NCBI GenBank assembly: GCA_963817385.1
Contig: CAWFOM010000022.1
Span: 1 to 52,976, forward strand
From: an uncultured delta proteobacterium
GTDB lineage: Bacteria > Desulfobacterota > Syntrophia > Syntrophales > UBA5619
Direction of reading: 5' to 3'
DNA length: 52,976 bases
This document shows positions 7,064-18,248 of the stretch, piece by piece. The position numbers and the translations under genes are program-made. The notes below the pieces were generated by a model. That model was not told the DNA's origin, made no database searches, and saw only the letters and a program-made list of their open reading frames with translations. Positions within the stretch are counted from its first letter, which is position 1, and every line of letters begins with the position of its first letter.

Positions 7064-9289
7064 ATGACAGCTCATGTTTCGCCGCAGGGGAAAATCACGG
7101 GTCTGACTCCGAACGCCTTGAGCGTCCTCGAAAAACGATATCTTCGCCGGGACATGGAGGGAAAGGTCCTGGAATTGCCTGCGGCGATGTTTCGCCGGGT
7201 TGCGGAAACGATTGCGGGCGCCGACCTGGCGTTTGATCCGTCGGCCGACGTCAAAGCGCTTGCCGATGCCTTCTACGGGATCATGACGGGCCTGGAGTTT
7301 CTTCCCAACTCGCCCACCCTGATGAACGCAGGCCGCGAATTGGGCCAGCTCTCGGCGTGCTTTGTCCTGCCGGTGGGCGACTCCATGGAGCAGATATTCG
7401 ATGCGGTGAAACAGACCGCCATGATACACAAGTCAGGCGGCGGAACCGGCTTCTCCTTTTCGCGGCTTCGACCGGCCAACGACGTCGTCATGTCCACAAC
7501 CGGCATTTCCAGCGGCCCGATCTCCTTCATGCGGGTCTTCGACATCGCCACCGAGACCATCAAGCAGGGGGGAACCAGGCGCGGCGCCAATATGGGCATC
7601 CTGCGTGTCGACCACCCGGACATCATGGACTTTATCGTGTGCAAGAACGACCAGCGGAACTTGAACAACTTCAATATCTCCGTCGGTCTCACCGAAGCCT
7701 TCATGGAGGCGGTCGAACGGAACGCGGATTACGATATCATCAACCCCCGGAGCCGGGAGGTTGTCGGTTCGCTCAACGCCCGCAAGGTATTCAATCGCAT
7801 CGTTGCCCAGGCCTGGCAAAACGGCGAACCCGGGATCATCTTCCTCGACCGTCTCAACAAGGACAATCCCACCCCCCGGATCGGGGAGATCGAATCGACC
7901 AACCCCTGCGGCGAGCAGCCGCTTTTGCCGTACGAGTCCTGCAACCTGGGTTCGATCAACCTGGGGAAGATGATCAAAGACAACGACGTGGACTGGCAGC
8001 GGCTCGGGGAGGTGGTACACCTTGCCGTCCATTTCCTGGACAATGTCATCGAGATCAACAATTACCCGCTCCCCCAGATTGCCGCGATGACCAAGGGCAA
8101 CCGGAAGATCGGCCTCGGCATCATGGGGTGGGCGGATATGCTGATCCTGCTCAAAGTCCCGTACGACTCCCCGGAGGCGATCACCCTCGGGGAAAAGGTG
8201 ATGAAATTTATCAATGACGAGGGACATGCCGCCTCCCGGGAACTTGCCCGGACGCGGGGGCCGTTTCCCAATTTCACCGGATCAATCTACGATAAACCGG
8301 GCCTTGAGCCGATCCGGAACGCGACCATAACCACCATCGCCCCGACCGGCACGATCTCCATCATCGCCGACGCCTCCTCGGGGGTCGAACCGCTCTTTGC
8401 CGTCTCGTTCGTCCGACAGGTGATGGACAAGAACATCTTGGTCGAGGTGAATCCGACCTTCGAGAGGATCGCCAAGGAGCGGGGCTTCTACTCCAAAGAG
8501 TTGATGGAGCAGATCGCCCGTCACGGCTCGATCCAGGGACTGCCGGAAATCCCGGAAGACGTGCGGCGGATCTTTGTCACGGCCCACGACATCACCCCGG
8601 AGAACCATATCAGGATGCAGACCGCCTTCCAGAAATACACCGACAACGCCGTTTCGAAGACCGTCAATTTTGCCCGCACGGCTGCCGTGGAGGAGGTGGA
8701 GAAGGTGTACCGCCTCGCCTACACGCTGGGATGCAAGGGGGTGACCATCTACCGTGACGGTTCCCGGGACAAACAGGTCCTCTCGACCGGCAAGACGGAG
8801 GAGAAACCCGCTCCGCACGAGGAGAAGAAGCTCTACAAGCGCGAACGCCCGCGGGCGCTGCACGGATGGACCTACGAGATCCAGACCGGTTGCGGGCCCA
8901 TCTACATCACCATCAACGAGGACAAGGCCGGTCTGTTCGAGCTCTTCACCACCATGGGGAAAGCCGGGGGGTGCGCCTCCTCCCAATGCGAGGCGATCGG
9001 CAGGATGGTTTCGCTCGCGTGGAGGAGCGGCGTTCAGGCCCGCCAGGTCGTTAAGCAGCTCCTCGGCATATCCTGTCATCTCCCCTCGGGCTTCGGTGAG
9101 AACCGCATCCTCTCCTGCTCCGACGCGGTGGCCAAGGCGATCCTCTCCCATATGGCGGCGAAAGGCTACGATGCCGACCTGGAGACCCCGGTGCATGCGC
9201 GGGGCGCGTGCGTCGAGTGCGGGGGGATGGTCGAGCACGAGGGCGGCTGCACCGTGTGCAGGGCCTGCGGCTATTCGGACTGCGCATAA
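7064..9289 (+). CDS. nrdJ: Vitamin B12-dependent (class II) ribonucleotide reductase with TSCPD domain and C-terminal Zn ribbon
   Basis: PNSPTLMNAG, LSACFV, GGGTG, TNPCGEQ, SCNLGS, TIAPTGT, VSKTVN, CKGVTIYRDGSR; C-terminal SCSDAV and CxxC...CxxC; no nrdB nearby. Confidence 0.95.
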   Translation: MTAHVSPQGKITGLTPNALSVLEKRYLRRDMEGKVLELPAAMFRRVAETIAGADLAFDPSADVKALADAFYGIMTGLEFLPNSPTLMNAGRELGQLSACFVLPVGDSMEQIFDAVKQTAMIHKSGGGTGFSFSRLRPANDVVMSTTGISSGPISFMRVFDIATETIKQGGTRRGANMGILRVDHPDIMDFIVCKNDQRNLNNFNISVGLTEAFMEAVERNADYDIINPRSREVVGSLNARKVFNRIVAQAWQNGEPGIIFLDRLNKDNPTPRIGEIESTNPCGEQPLLPYESCNLGSINLGKMIKDNDVDWQRLGEVVHLAVHFLDNVIEINNYPLPQIAAMTKGNRKIGLGIMGWADMLILLKVPYDSPEAITLGEKVMKFINDEGHAASRELARTRGPFPNFTGSIYDKPGLEPIRNATITTIAPTGTISIIADASSGVEPLFAVSFVRQVMDKNILVEVNPTFERIAKERGFYSKELMEQIARHGSIQGLPEIPEDVRRIFVTAHDITPENHIRMQTAFQKYTDNAVSKTVNFARTAAVEEVEKVYRLAYTLGCKGVTIYRDGSRDKQVLSTGKTEEKPAPHEEKKLYKRERPRALHGWTYEIQTGCGPIYITINEDKAGLFELFTTMGKAGGCASSQCEAIGRMVSLAWRSGVQARQVVKQLLGISCHLPSGFGENRILSCSDAVAKAILSHMAAKGYDADLETPVHARGACVECGGMVEHEGGCTVCRACGYSDCA

Positions 9290-9527
9290 CCGCCGTTTTC
9301 TCCGAACAGGTCGCATTTTTCTACCGTAAATGCGTTTCCCGATACCTTCGTTTGGGTCGTGGACTCATGTTTATCCCTCCCTGAGAAGACGAAGTTCGGC
9401 AACATCGAATCACCAGTCAACGTTCCTCCTTTCATCATTCCGTGGTAACATGATAGTAAAATAATTCGACTGGAATTCTCGGGTGGAAATCTCACAACGA
9501 TTGCGTCATCAGAAAAGGGACAACGAG

Positions 9528-10223
9528 ATGTCGGTGATGATTCAGGTGTTCGACCTCTGGAAACAGTATGACCGAGTTGATCAACCCGATTCTGCCGCTC
9601 TACGCGGCGCCAACCTCGATATAAAAGGCGGCGAGATAATCGCTCTCTACGGAAAGAGCGGATCCGGCAAGACGACCCTTCTCAATATTCTCGCCGGTCT
9701 TGACCGTCCGACCAGTGGGCGCGTTTTCATTGAGGGCAATGATCTGGAAGCCATGGGAGAAAAAGGAAAAACTGTTCTTAGACGCCATAGACTGGGATTC
9801 GTGTTTCAGTTCTTCAACCTGTTGCCCACGTTGACTGCCTTTGAAAACGTTTTCCTCTCCCTCGAATTAGCCGGAAAGCCTGACCATGAATTAGCCCTTG
9901 AAGCCCTCGATTCCGTAGACTTGAAAGCCAAGGAAAGCCGGTATCCCCATGAGCTTTCCGGCGGGGAGCAGCAACGGGTGGCCATTGCCCGGGCCATAGT
10001 CAAGGAACCGGCCATCATTCTTGCCGATGAACCCACGGGAAATCTCGACGTCCGGACGGGAGAGCAGGTCCTGGCTCTCTTGACCCGCCGCTGTCGCGAG
10101 AGTGGAACTACCTTGATCATGGCTACCCACAGCCCCCTGACGTGCCGGTTTTCCGACCGAATTCTCCGGATGATTGACGGGATCGTGGTCGAAGAAAGCG
10201 TCACTCAGGAGATGCCATCGTGA
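9528..10223 (+). CDS. ABC transporter ATP-binding protein (LolD/MacB-like)
   Basis: GKSGSGKT, LSGGEQQRV, ADEPTGNLD, ATH. ATG 9528 chosen; the ORF track starts at 9483. Confidence 0.93.
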   Translation: MSVMIQVFDLWKQYDRVDQPDSAALRGANLDIKGGEIIALYGKSGSGKTTLLNILAGLDRPTSGRVFIEGNDLEAMGEKGKTVLRRHRLGFVFQFFNLLPTLTAFENVFLSLELAGKPDHELALEALDSVDLKAKESRYPHELSGGEQQRVAIARAIVKEPAIILADEPTGNLDVRTGEQVLALLTRRCRESGTTLIMATHSPLTCRFSDRILRMIDGIVVEESVTQEMPS

Positions 10224-12707
10224 GAGTCGTTACGAAAGCTTTCCTGCGTTATCTGCGGAGGCATCGGAGTCTCAGTTTGCTCCAACTTCTGGGAATTGCC
10301 TGCGGCGTCGCGGCAGCGGTGGGCATGGCCCTTTCCGCCCAGGTATCGTTATCCAGTTTTGAAAAGGCCGTGGAATCGCTCAACGGCCAAGCTACTCATT
10401 CTCTCGAAAGGCCGGCCGGACCGTTGGAGGAGACCGTTCTCACCCGGCTTATGGTCGATCCGGCCGTACAGGCTTTTTCACCGCTGATCGATCGCCGCAT
10501 CAGGCTGAACAACGGCGAAACGGTCCGCCTGCTCGGCATTGATCCTTTTCTCGACCAAAAAATCCGTCCGCAACTGGGCCAATTCCGTCACCAGGACATT
10601 TCCCCGCGTCCTCCGGATCCGTTCGCGTTTCTTCTCGAGGAGAATGCGATCCTCGTGGACGAACAATCAGCCGCGCAGTTTCGGTTGCCCACCGATCAGC
10701 TCCTCGAAACCTCCCGGGGAACGTTTAAAATTGTCGGTACGTTCCCGAATGCCTCGGGTGAGCCCCTGATCCTTATGGATATCGGCCATGCCCAGCGGCT
10801 TTTCGAGCTTTCCGGGAAAATCGATCGGGTAGACCTTATCGTGGAGGACGAGGCAGCTTTTCTCTCCCGCTGGAAATCCGGATTCCGTATCCAGTCCGGG
10901 CGGCAACGGCAGGCCACGCTGCGTGATATGCTGCAGGCCTTCCGGTTGAATCTTCAGGCTCTCTCGCTTCTGGCCCTTTTCGTCGGGATTTTCCTCGTCT
11001 ACAACACGGCCATGTTTACGGTGGTGAGCCGGAGGAAAGATGCGGGTATTTTGCGAAGCCTCGGGGCCAGCCGCCGGGAAATTGTAGGGGCTTTTTTTTC
11101 CGAGATTCTTCTTCTGGGATCCATCGGTGGGGTGTTAGGGGGGGTGGCCGGCTTCCTGCTCAGTCGATTTCTGAGCAGCCTGGTCGCGGGAACTATCAGC
11201 AATTTGTACTTTTTCCTCCGCCCGGCTCCTTTGGAATGGTCCTGGTCGGTTTTGTTGATCAGCGTAGTTCTTGGATGCGGGGCAAGCGTTCTGGGTGGAA
11301 TCTTCCCCTTGATCGAATTGATCCGGGTTGATCCTGTGCAGGCCCTTCGGGGCCGGACCGCGGTTCGCGGCATGAAAGGCCTCGCCGGGAAAGCGGCTCT
11401 GATCGGGGTCGGGGTTCTGGCCGTCAGCTTCGGACTGTTCAGCCTGGCTTCGCTTCACGTATATTTCGGATTCGCCGGCTCGTTTGCCCTTTTGATCGGG
11501 GTCAGCCTGATTACGGGGCTTGTCCTGGTATCTGTTACATCCGATTCTGAAAAAATTCCTCGCCCTCTTGTCCGGGCTTCCGGGGAAAGTCGCCGCAGGG
11601 AATATTCGCCAAAACCTCGACCGTACGGCAGTGGCGGTGGCTGCCTTCATGGTGGCGATTTCCATGTCGATCGGGCTGAGCTCAATGATCGGGAGCTTCC
11701 GCCAATCTCTCGTCTGGTGGATGGGCACCCAGCTTCGGGCCGATCTTTTTGTCGGGAAAGTCGATGAAGTGGAAGTTCCCGAGAGTTTTTACCATGAGCT
11801 GCGAACCCTTCCCGGCCTGGACGGATTCGATCTCTACCGCAACGTGCAGGTCCTCTATCGGGGGAAGCCGATCACCCTGTGCTCCGTCGAGGCGGCGGTG
11901 CTGCAGAAATACACGAACTTCGGCTGGCTTTCGGGGGGAAACGAAAACTGGGATCCCGTCAAGAAGGGGGCGGCCATTGTTTCGGAGAGTTTTTATCGCC
12001 GTTTCGGCATAAAGGAAGGAGATACCGTAACGCTCGAGGGGGTCAACGGTCCGGCATCCCTCACGGTGGCCGCAATTTTTTATGATTACACGTCCGAGCA
12101 CGGCGTCATCATGATGGATCGCACGACCTATGTGCGCATCTTCAACGACCGCGCTATCAGCTCTCTGGGAGTTTTCGTGAATCCCAAAAATCCCCTCCGG
12201 AAGGAGCTCCTGGAAGAAGTCAGGCAGAGGGCCGTCCGGCGGGGCCTGCCGGTATATACCCGCGATCAGTTATGGGGGAATATCCTCTCGGTTTTTGACA
12301 GCACGTTTGCCGTTACCCGCTCGATGCAGGTGCTCTCCATCATCGTGGCCTTTTTCGGCATCGCCGGGGCCCTGATGACATTATTCATCGAGCGGCAGAG
12401 GGAATTCGGGATTTACCGGGCGTTGGGCTTTTCCTCCCGTCAGGTCGCCGGCATGACCCTCATGGAAGGGCTGGGCATGGGTCTGGTGAGCTATCTGATG
12501 AGTATCGGTGTCGGCACACTTCTCGCCTGGGTTTTGATCCGGGTCATCAACCTGCGGAGTTTCAACTGGACGATCTTCTTTTATCCCGCCTGGGAACCGT
12601 ATGCAGTCGCTTTCGGCACCGCGGTCCTGGCCAGTCTGGGGGCCGCCGTTTACCCGATCTGGAAGGTGTACAAGACCTACCCGCAGATGCAGATACGGGA
12701 AGAATAA
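10220..12707 (+). CDS. FtsX/MacB-family ABC permease (~830 aa), split by a frameshift near 11530
   Basis: ORFs 10220-11767 and 11520-12707 join at ITGLVLV/LLHPILKK; two FtsX repeats (RRKDAGILRSLGAS; RQREFGIYRALGFS). Confidence 0.88.
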
Positions 12708-12710
12708 AAA

Positions 12711-13817
12711 ATGAAAAAACCCACTCATTTCATATTTTGTCTGGTTGCGTTTTTCCTCCTCCTTTCTCCTGCGTGGGCCGTCGATGACTGGAAAGAGGTC
12801 ACCGGTCCTCATGGATGGGATTTCCCCCGGGACCATGGTTCACACCCCGAATACAGAACGGAATGGTGGTATTTCACGGGCAATCTGTCTGACGACGCAG
12901 GCTCCCACTACGGGTACCAGCTCACCTTCTTCCGCCGGGGAATCCGGTATAAACTACCCGATCCTTCGGGCCCCTGGGACATCCGCGACGTTTATCTGGG
13001 CCACTTTGCCATAGCCGACACGGGCAGGAAAAAATTTCAATACGGCGAGCGTATCTCCCGCTCCGGACCCGGGCTGGCAGGGGCCAGTGCGGAGAACTTG
13101 GACGTTTGGCTCCTGGATTGGTCGGCCCGGATGAAGAGGTCGGTGATCACCCTCAAGGCTCGGCATGACCAAATGGAAGTGGATTTAACCCTCATGCCTA
13201 AGAAGCCTCCCGTTTTTCACGGCGAAAATGGGCTCAGCAGGAAGGGGCCTGGAGAGGGCCAGGCATCGCAGTACACTTCCTTCACTCATCTCGAAACAGA
13301 AGGCTTCCTGAAAACCTCTTCAAACAACCGAATTGCGGTTAAAGGCCGTAGCTGGTTCGATCAGGAATTCGGCTCCAACCAGCTTACTGCGGAACAAACG
13401 GGGTGGGATTGGTTCAGCCTGTATCTTTCCGACGGGCGGGACCTGATGATCTATTTCCTGCGCCGCAAGGACGGGTCGATTGAGCCGGCTTCTTCGGGAA
13501 CTCTCGTTGAAGCCGACGGAAAGCCGCGCCACCTCAAGCTTTCTGAAATCTCCGTCAGGGTTTTGGAGCGTTGGAAAAGCCTTAGAAGCGGCGGGCAATA
13601 TCCCAGTCGATGGGGGATCCAAATTCCCTCGTCGGGGATCGATCTCACGATAGCGCCCTATCTTGCCGACCAGGAACTCGTTACAAAAAGCTCAACCGGC
13701 GTAACCTATTGGGAAGGAGCCATATCCGGGCGGGGAACTTCCCAAAACCAGTCCGTCACCTGTCAAGGATATGCAGAACTGACCGGTTACGTTGGCAGCC
13801 TCGGCAGCCTCTTTTAG
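12711..13817 (+). CDS. Secreted AttH-like lipocalin-fold protein
   Basis: Signal peptide; FPRDHGSHPEYRTEWWYFTG, WFDQEF, GWDWFS, YWEG, GYAELTGY. Confidence 0.9.
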   Translation: MKKPTHFIFCLVAFFLLLSPAWAVDDWKEVTGPHGWDFPRDHGSHPEYRTEWWYFTGNLSDDAGSHYGYQLTFFRRGIRYKLPDPSGPWDIRDVYLGHFAIADTGRKKFQYGERISRSGPGLAGASAENLDVWLLDWSARMKRSVITLKARHDQMEVDLTLMPKKPPVFHGENGLSRKGPGEGQASQYTSFTHLETEGFLKTSSNNRIAVKGRSWFDQEFGSNQLTAEQTGWDWFSLYLSDGRDLMIYFLRRKDGSIEPASSGTLVEADGKPRHLKLSEISVRVLERWKSLRSGGQYPSRWGIQIPSSGIDLTIAPYLADQELVTKSSTGVTYWEGAISGRGTSQNQSVTCQGYAELTGYVGSLGSLF

Positions 13818-13966
13818 AAGGGAGGGGCGCAATAAAGGATGCCCGGATGACATAACGCGAGATTCTCATCCAGATTGGTGCATCGGAGATATAGTGGCAT
13901 TCCGAATGGGACCATGATAAGATCGGACTGTCTTGTGAGCGGCGTTATTTTTCAGATTAAGGGACC

Positions 13967-14569
13967 ATGCAGGGACAAACAATCAAAGGCATGTTCAGTG
14001 CGGTGCCGGACGCCATACTACGGATGTCACGGACCCCGGTGAATTACTGGGCAGAATTCGGTCTCGATATCCCGTTAGGCGTCGTGCTGACATTTGAAGG
14101 CCTGCGGCGCCATGATATCCATTCCATCGAAGTGTTCCTGATCATCCTGCTTGGTTTGTTTATTTTCAGCTATCTCGAATACTCCGTTCACCGTTGGCTG
14201 TTCCACGGATCGGTCCAGATCATCGCGCAGGGCCACCGCGCGCACCACAAGAATCCGCAGGGCTATGACGCCCTTCCTTTCTTCCTGCCCACCCTGGTGA
14301 TACTGGGACTGACAGGCATATTTGTTTTGCTGATGCCCACGAGTTACGCGTTTCTGTTATCGGGCGTCATGGCCTTCGGCTATGTAATCTATGGGCTGAG
14401 CCACTTCAGCATTCACCATACCCGTTTTCACCAACCTCTGGCCCGACATTGGGCGGCCAACCATCTCATCCATCACTACCACCCCGAAAGCAACTTTGGT
14501 GTTACCACGCCGCTATGGGATATAGTACTCGGAACGCGGTATGTTATTCCGAATCGCGAAAGGATTTAG
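13967..14569 (+). CDS. Sterol desaturase / fatty acid hydroxylase family membrane protein
   Basis: His boxes EYSVHRWLFH, HRAHH, HFSIHH, HLIHHY; NFGVTTPLWD. Confidence 0.9.
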   Translation: MQGQTIKGMFSAVPDAILRMSRTPVNYWAEFGLDIPLGVVLTFEGLRRHDIHSIEVFLIILLGLFIFSYLEYSVHRWLFHGSVQIIAQGHRAHHKNPQGYDALPFFLPTLVILGLTGIFVLLMPTSYAFLLSGVMAFGYVIYGLSHFSIHHTRFHQPLARHWAANHLIHHYHPESNFGVTTPLWDIVLGTRYVIPNRERI

Positions 14570-14643
14570 GCATGGTCCATCCTGATCCACACAACCCCAT
14601 ACCACCGCCGTTTTTTGGTGAGATTACGTCAGGGAGACGCCTT

Positions 14644-15339
14644 ATGGCAGAGTCGCTCAAGCCGCCTTATCTACAAAGGGACGAAACGAGAGGTGACTAT
14701 CAGGTTTGGATAGTCGATGGCGCATACGTCCGCGGGCACATCGATGAGGAGTTCACGAATTTCGGCCAACACTACCGGTATCCGTACATACCCGAGAGGG
14801 AATTCTGGATTGACAAGGAAGCCGTGCACGATGAGCGCGCGTTTTTCATCGAACACTTGCTGGTAGAACATGACCTCATGGCGAAAGGCGCGTCATATGG
14901 CGATGCGCTCACACAGGCCGACCGGGTTGAGCGCAGAGAAAGGCGACGAGTCGGGGACGTCCGCAAGGTAACGCATCATGGGAAGGAACTACCCGATGCC
15001 AACGCAGTGCATGAGCGCCTGTGGAAGAAACTGGAGAATGGCGCAAGTGTATGGATTGTGAACGGCCGTCTGGTGCGAAGCGCGTTTGACATTGACTTCA
15101 CGGCCGGTGGTCATGACCACGTTTATGAATTCGTTCCTGAAGGTGAGGTCTGGATCGACGATGCTATCGAGGAGAAGGAAAGGGGATTTGTGCTGCTACA
15201 CGAGTTGCACGAACGGAATCGCATGGCAGAAGGATTGCCCTACAGCAAAGCACACACCGAGTCCAGCCGCCTGGAATTCCGATGCCGCCACCATCCGGAT
15301 GAACTGCATGATGCACTAACGACCGAAGGCTGGGCATGA
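14644..15339 (+). CDS. Hypothetical protein with a tandemly duplicated domain and an HExxE motif
   Basis: GGGAG RBS before ATG 14644; two homologous halves (VWIVDGAYVR...FWID... / VWIVNGRLVR...VWID...LHELHE). Confidence 0.75.
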   Translation: MAESLKPPYLQRDETRGDYQVWIVDGAYVRGHIDEEFTNFGQHYRYPYIPEREFWIDKEAVHDERAFFIEHLLVEHDLMAKGASYGDALTQADRVERRERRRVGDVRKVTHHGKELPDANAVHERLWKKLENGASVWIVNGRLVRSAFDIDFTAGGHDHVYEFVPEGEVWIDDAIEEKERGFVLLHELHERNRMAEGLPYSKAHTESSRLEFRCRHHPDELHDALTTEGWA

Positions 15340-15566
15340 TTTCGAGCGGTCTGACAACGCTGACCCGTTTGGCGTGTGAGAGGGAAGGGTGCCTTGTCCA
15401 CCATGTCACGCGAGAACAGGTGGTGGAGATTTTTGCCCGGGCCGGCGGGCAACTTAGATCGAGGCGTTGAGGCTTTTTATTGCATAATCCCTTGGTCAAG
15501 TCTGCTGAAAGATCTGGGTGGCATGTTCAGCGTTAGTGTGCTTTCTTAGGTGATGAAGCTCGGTAT

Positions 15567-17180
15567 CTATTGGAAAGGCTTGGTATTCCAGACCTCCAGA
15601 ATATCCTGTGATCCCTGTGTACGAATATCATTGTCTGTCAAAATCGCTTCGGTGGCGGCAAGCATTTCCTTGCGCGGGAAAACAAATATTTCACCGCCGC
15701 TCCGGTTGAATCCGAATATGATTAATTCAGCCCGGCTGTCACGTAGCACCTCGACCAAATGGGCAAGGTTCTTAATGGGGACATCATTGACCGTTTTAAC
15801 TACCTCAGCGACTGGATTCGAGTAGCCCCTGGCTAGCCTGTGGGGGAAAAAGGGAGAAGAAACCACCACCAGTTCTTCTCCATCAAACGCAGGCATATCG
15901 CCTCGCCGCGTCACAAGTGGACTGGCTATTAAACTTAGCGCCCCCAGCAGATTACGGTTTGTAGAGTTCAAGGCACTCAGAAACTGAGCCGTGGCGTTTG
16001 AAAATACAATCGGGCCGTAGATGAAATACGATGGGTAGGTACCCTGCAAATAGGGGATTAACATTGGACGACTGAAGAACACCGGGACTTCGACAGTTGC
16101 CTCTTTACCAGCACGCACCACGCTAAGGAGAATTTTCCCGTTTTTTGCGATCCTTTGAATGAAATACTGGAATCGAATCCGCAAGTTGTTGTCTAACTTG
16201 ATCATACCCTGATTATCGATCTGCTCACTGCCAATCCGGGTAATGATATCCCACTCTTTTAGGGGATAGACATTATCAGTTCTGAAAGGTCGGTTTACAA
16301 TGATACCTTCAATTGTTTTATCGACTTTAAGGAAGGAGCGTAGTGCAGGATTCTCGAAGGTCTGGAATTCATCTAACATCATGGGCTTTCCGTCGTACCT
16401 CCCATCAGTAATATCCTGGAGAAACAGCTCGATCTCTTCGCAAGGAATTATGTAGCTGATGTTTTGCGAACCGCCGAGGTTACTGAAGACGAGGCCGATC
16501 ATCTTGCCGCCCGACACGGCAGGGCCACCACTGTTGCCAGGGTTGATGGCAGCATCGATCTGGATGCGAAGGCCGGATACCGGATAGTTGTAGTTTGTGA
16601 ATTCTATGCGGGAAACGATGCCCTTCGTAATCGACAGGCTTATGCCGCCCGTCGGGAAACCGTAGGCCATTACGGCATCCTTGATTTCCGGTAGGGTATT
16701 TGCGCGCTCCAATGGTGGGCGTGTGTCGAATAACGTCTCTTCTTCAAGTTTCAGAACGGCAAGATCGATGCCGGGGGCGATCGCTTCTACTGTGGCAGAG
16801 ACCTTGTCACCAGCCTGGTTTGCCTGTACCTGCACCTGGCTCGCATAAAGGACGACATGAGCATTGGTAAGGATGCGCCTGCCTTCAATGATGACACCAC
16901 TGCCGGTTACCTCTTTGGGGGCTTGCTTCATCCAGGGTTTGAAAGGATCGGGGTATCGAGTCGTAGCGAAGACCTTCACGACGGCATCCTCGACTCGGTT
17001 GGCGGAGTCAACAGCTACGGACGGGGTTGCCCCAACCCTTGGTCCATTGGGATCAGGATCGGCGTTCTTAGCACTTGCATAAGCAAACGGTACGAGAGAC
17101 ATAACAAACATAAAACTCGTAAGCCCGCCGAGTACATAAGGAAGGAAGTGCCTGTTTAAGGTATGAAATGACTTTTTCAT
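15567..17180 (-). CDS. HtrA/Deg-family trypsin-like serine protease with PDZ-like domains
   Basis: LTNAHVV, DLAVL, DAAINPGNSGGP triad motifs; N-terminal hydrophobic segment. Confidence 0.92.
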   Translation of the reverse strand: MKKSFHTLNRHFLPYVLGGLTSFMFVMSLVPFAYASAKNADPDPNGPRVGATPSVAVDSANRVEDAVVKVFATTRYPDPFKPWMKQAPKEVTGSGVIIEGRRILTNAHVVLYASQVQVQANQAGDKVSATVEAIAPGIDLAVLKLEEETLFDTRPPLERANTLPEIKDAVMAYGFPTGGISLSITKGIVSRIEFTNYNYPVSGLRIQIDAAINPGNSGGPAVSGGKMIGLVFSNLGGSQNISYIIPCEEIELFLQDITDGRYDGKPMMLDEFQTFENPALRSFLKVDKTIEGIIVNRPFRTDNVYPLKEWDIITRIGSEQIDNQGMIKLDNNLRIRFQYFIQRIAKNGKILLSVVRAGKEATVEVPVFFSRPMLIPYLQGTYPSYFIYGPIVFSNATAQFLSALNSTNRNLLGALSLIASPLVTRRGDMPAFDGEELVVVSSPFFPHRLARGYSNPVAEVVKTVNDVPIKNLAHLVEVLRDSRAELIIFGFNRSGGEIFVFPRKEMLAATEAILTDNDIRTQGSQDILEVWNTKPFQ

Positions 17181-17421
17181 TTGATAATGCTATCAAAGTA
17201 ATTTATCAACGTCAAACAGCTTTACTCAGTAATGTTGAAAACAGGCAAACTGTTCGGATTCGTAGTGCATCGCGTGATGTAATAGCCGGTGTGCAGGAAG
17301 ATCCGTTATCATGGGTGATTCCCTTGAAATATTATGATATATTGGATTGCATATATGAATTAAGTCAGGTAATTTATAGATAGCAATTCTGTCGATGTGC
17401 GCGTAGGGAAAGGAAAGCATC

Positions 17422-17931
17422 ATGATAGTTTTGAAAATGAAATATGGAATGAATGGTGAAAAAGTCGATGCATTCGGCATACGGTTTTACGGGGATATTG
17501 ATAAGGAGGCGGGACGCCTTGGCACAATTAGCGAAATTCTGTTTGATCCAGATATGCAATCCATGATTAAAAACAAAAGAATTACTCTCTGGTTTGCTCT
17601 TGAGAAAATTCGTCCCTGCAAGGATGTCTCCGCTCTTCTTAGTGAGTTGATGGCGAGATTAGAAAGAAATGGGTATGAGATTATGATTTCCTCTCTTGAT
17701 GATCTTGTTGATACAACTTCACCCGAATACGCAGGTAAGCCTGAAAGCAGATTTCCTGCCTATGAAAGAATGATTCATGGTTATAATGCTACAAGAGGCT
17801 TTTCAGTCACCGCTGAAAAAAGAGACCAACAATTAAAAATATCAATGGCAGAAATCGAAATAATCCAGAAAATGGCTGTAGAATTTGGTCGAATGGTCTA
17901 TAATCATTCTTTAAAAAAGGTCGACCATTAA
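17422..17931 (+). CDS. Hypothetical protein
   Basis: 169-aa AT-rich ORF with plausible composition; no recognised motif; start uncertain. Confidence 0.6.
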   Translation: MIVLKMKYGMNGEKVDAFGIRFYGDIDKEAGRLGTISEILFDPDMQSMIKNKRITLWFALEKIRPCKDVSALLSELMARLERNGYEIMISSLDDLVDTTSPEYAGKPESRFPAYERMIHGYNATRGFSVTAEKRDQQLKISMAEIEIIQKMAVEFGRMVYNHSLKKVDH

Positions 17932-18248
17932 TCTTACGGTAAATCGACCCAAAGGTGATCAGATTTCTCAAAAGAGGTTAAGACGACTGAAAGCAGCAAT
18001 GAAGCCATCGTTACAGGCGAGATGGATATTACACCGGGGCTGCAACGGGTTCCTCTGTAACGCTTTGATTAAATCTGTTGCCCGATCAGTAATCGATGTC
18101 GCGCAGTAACTTCCATCATCCTGATAAAACCTTTACATAACTAGTCAGGGGTTTCAAAGGTTCGACCAAAGGTGCTTGCTCTTTTGCCGGATCATCTGTA
18201 TATACTACCTCACCGGCACATACTTAACCTGAAACCCAAGGGTCGGCT

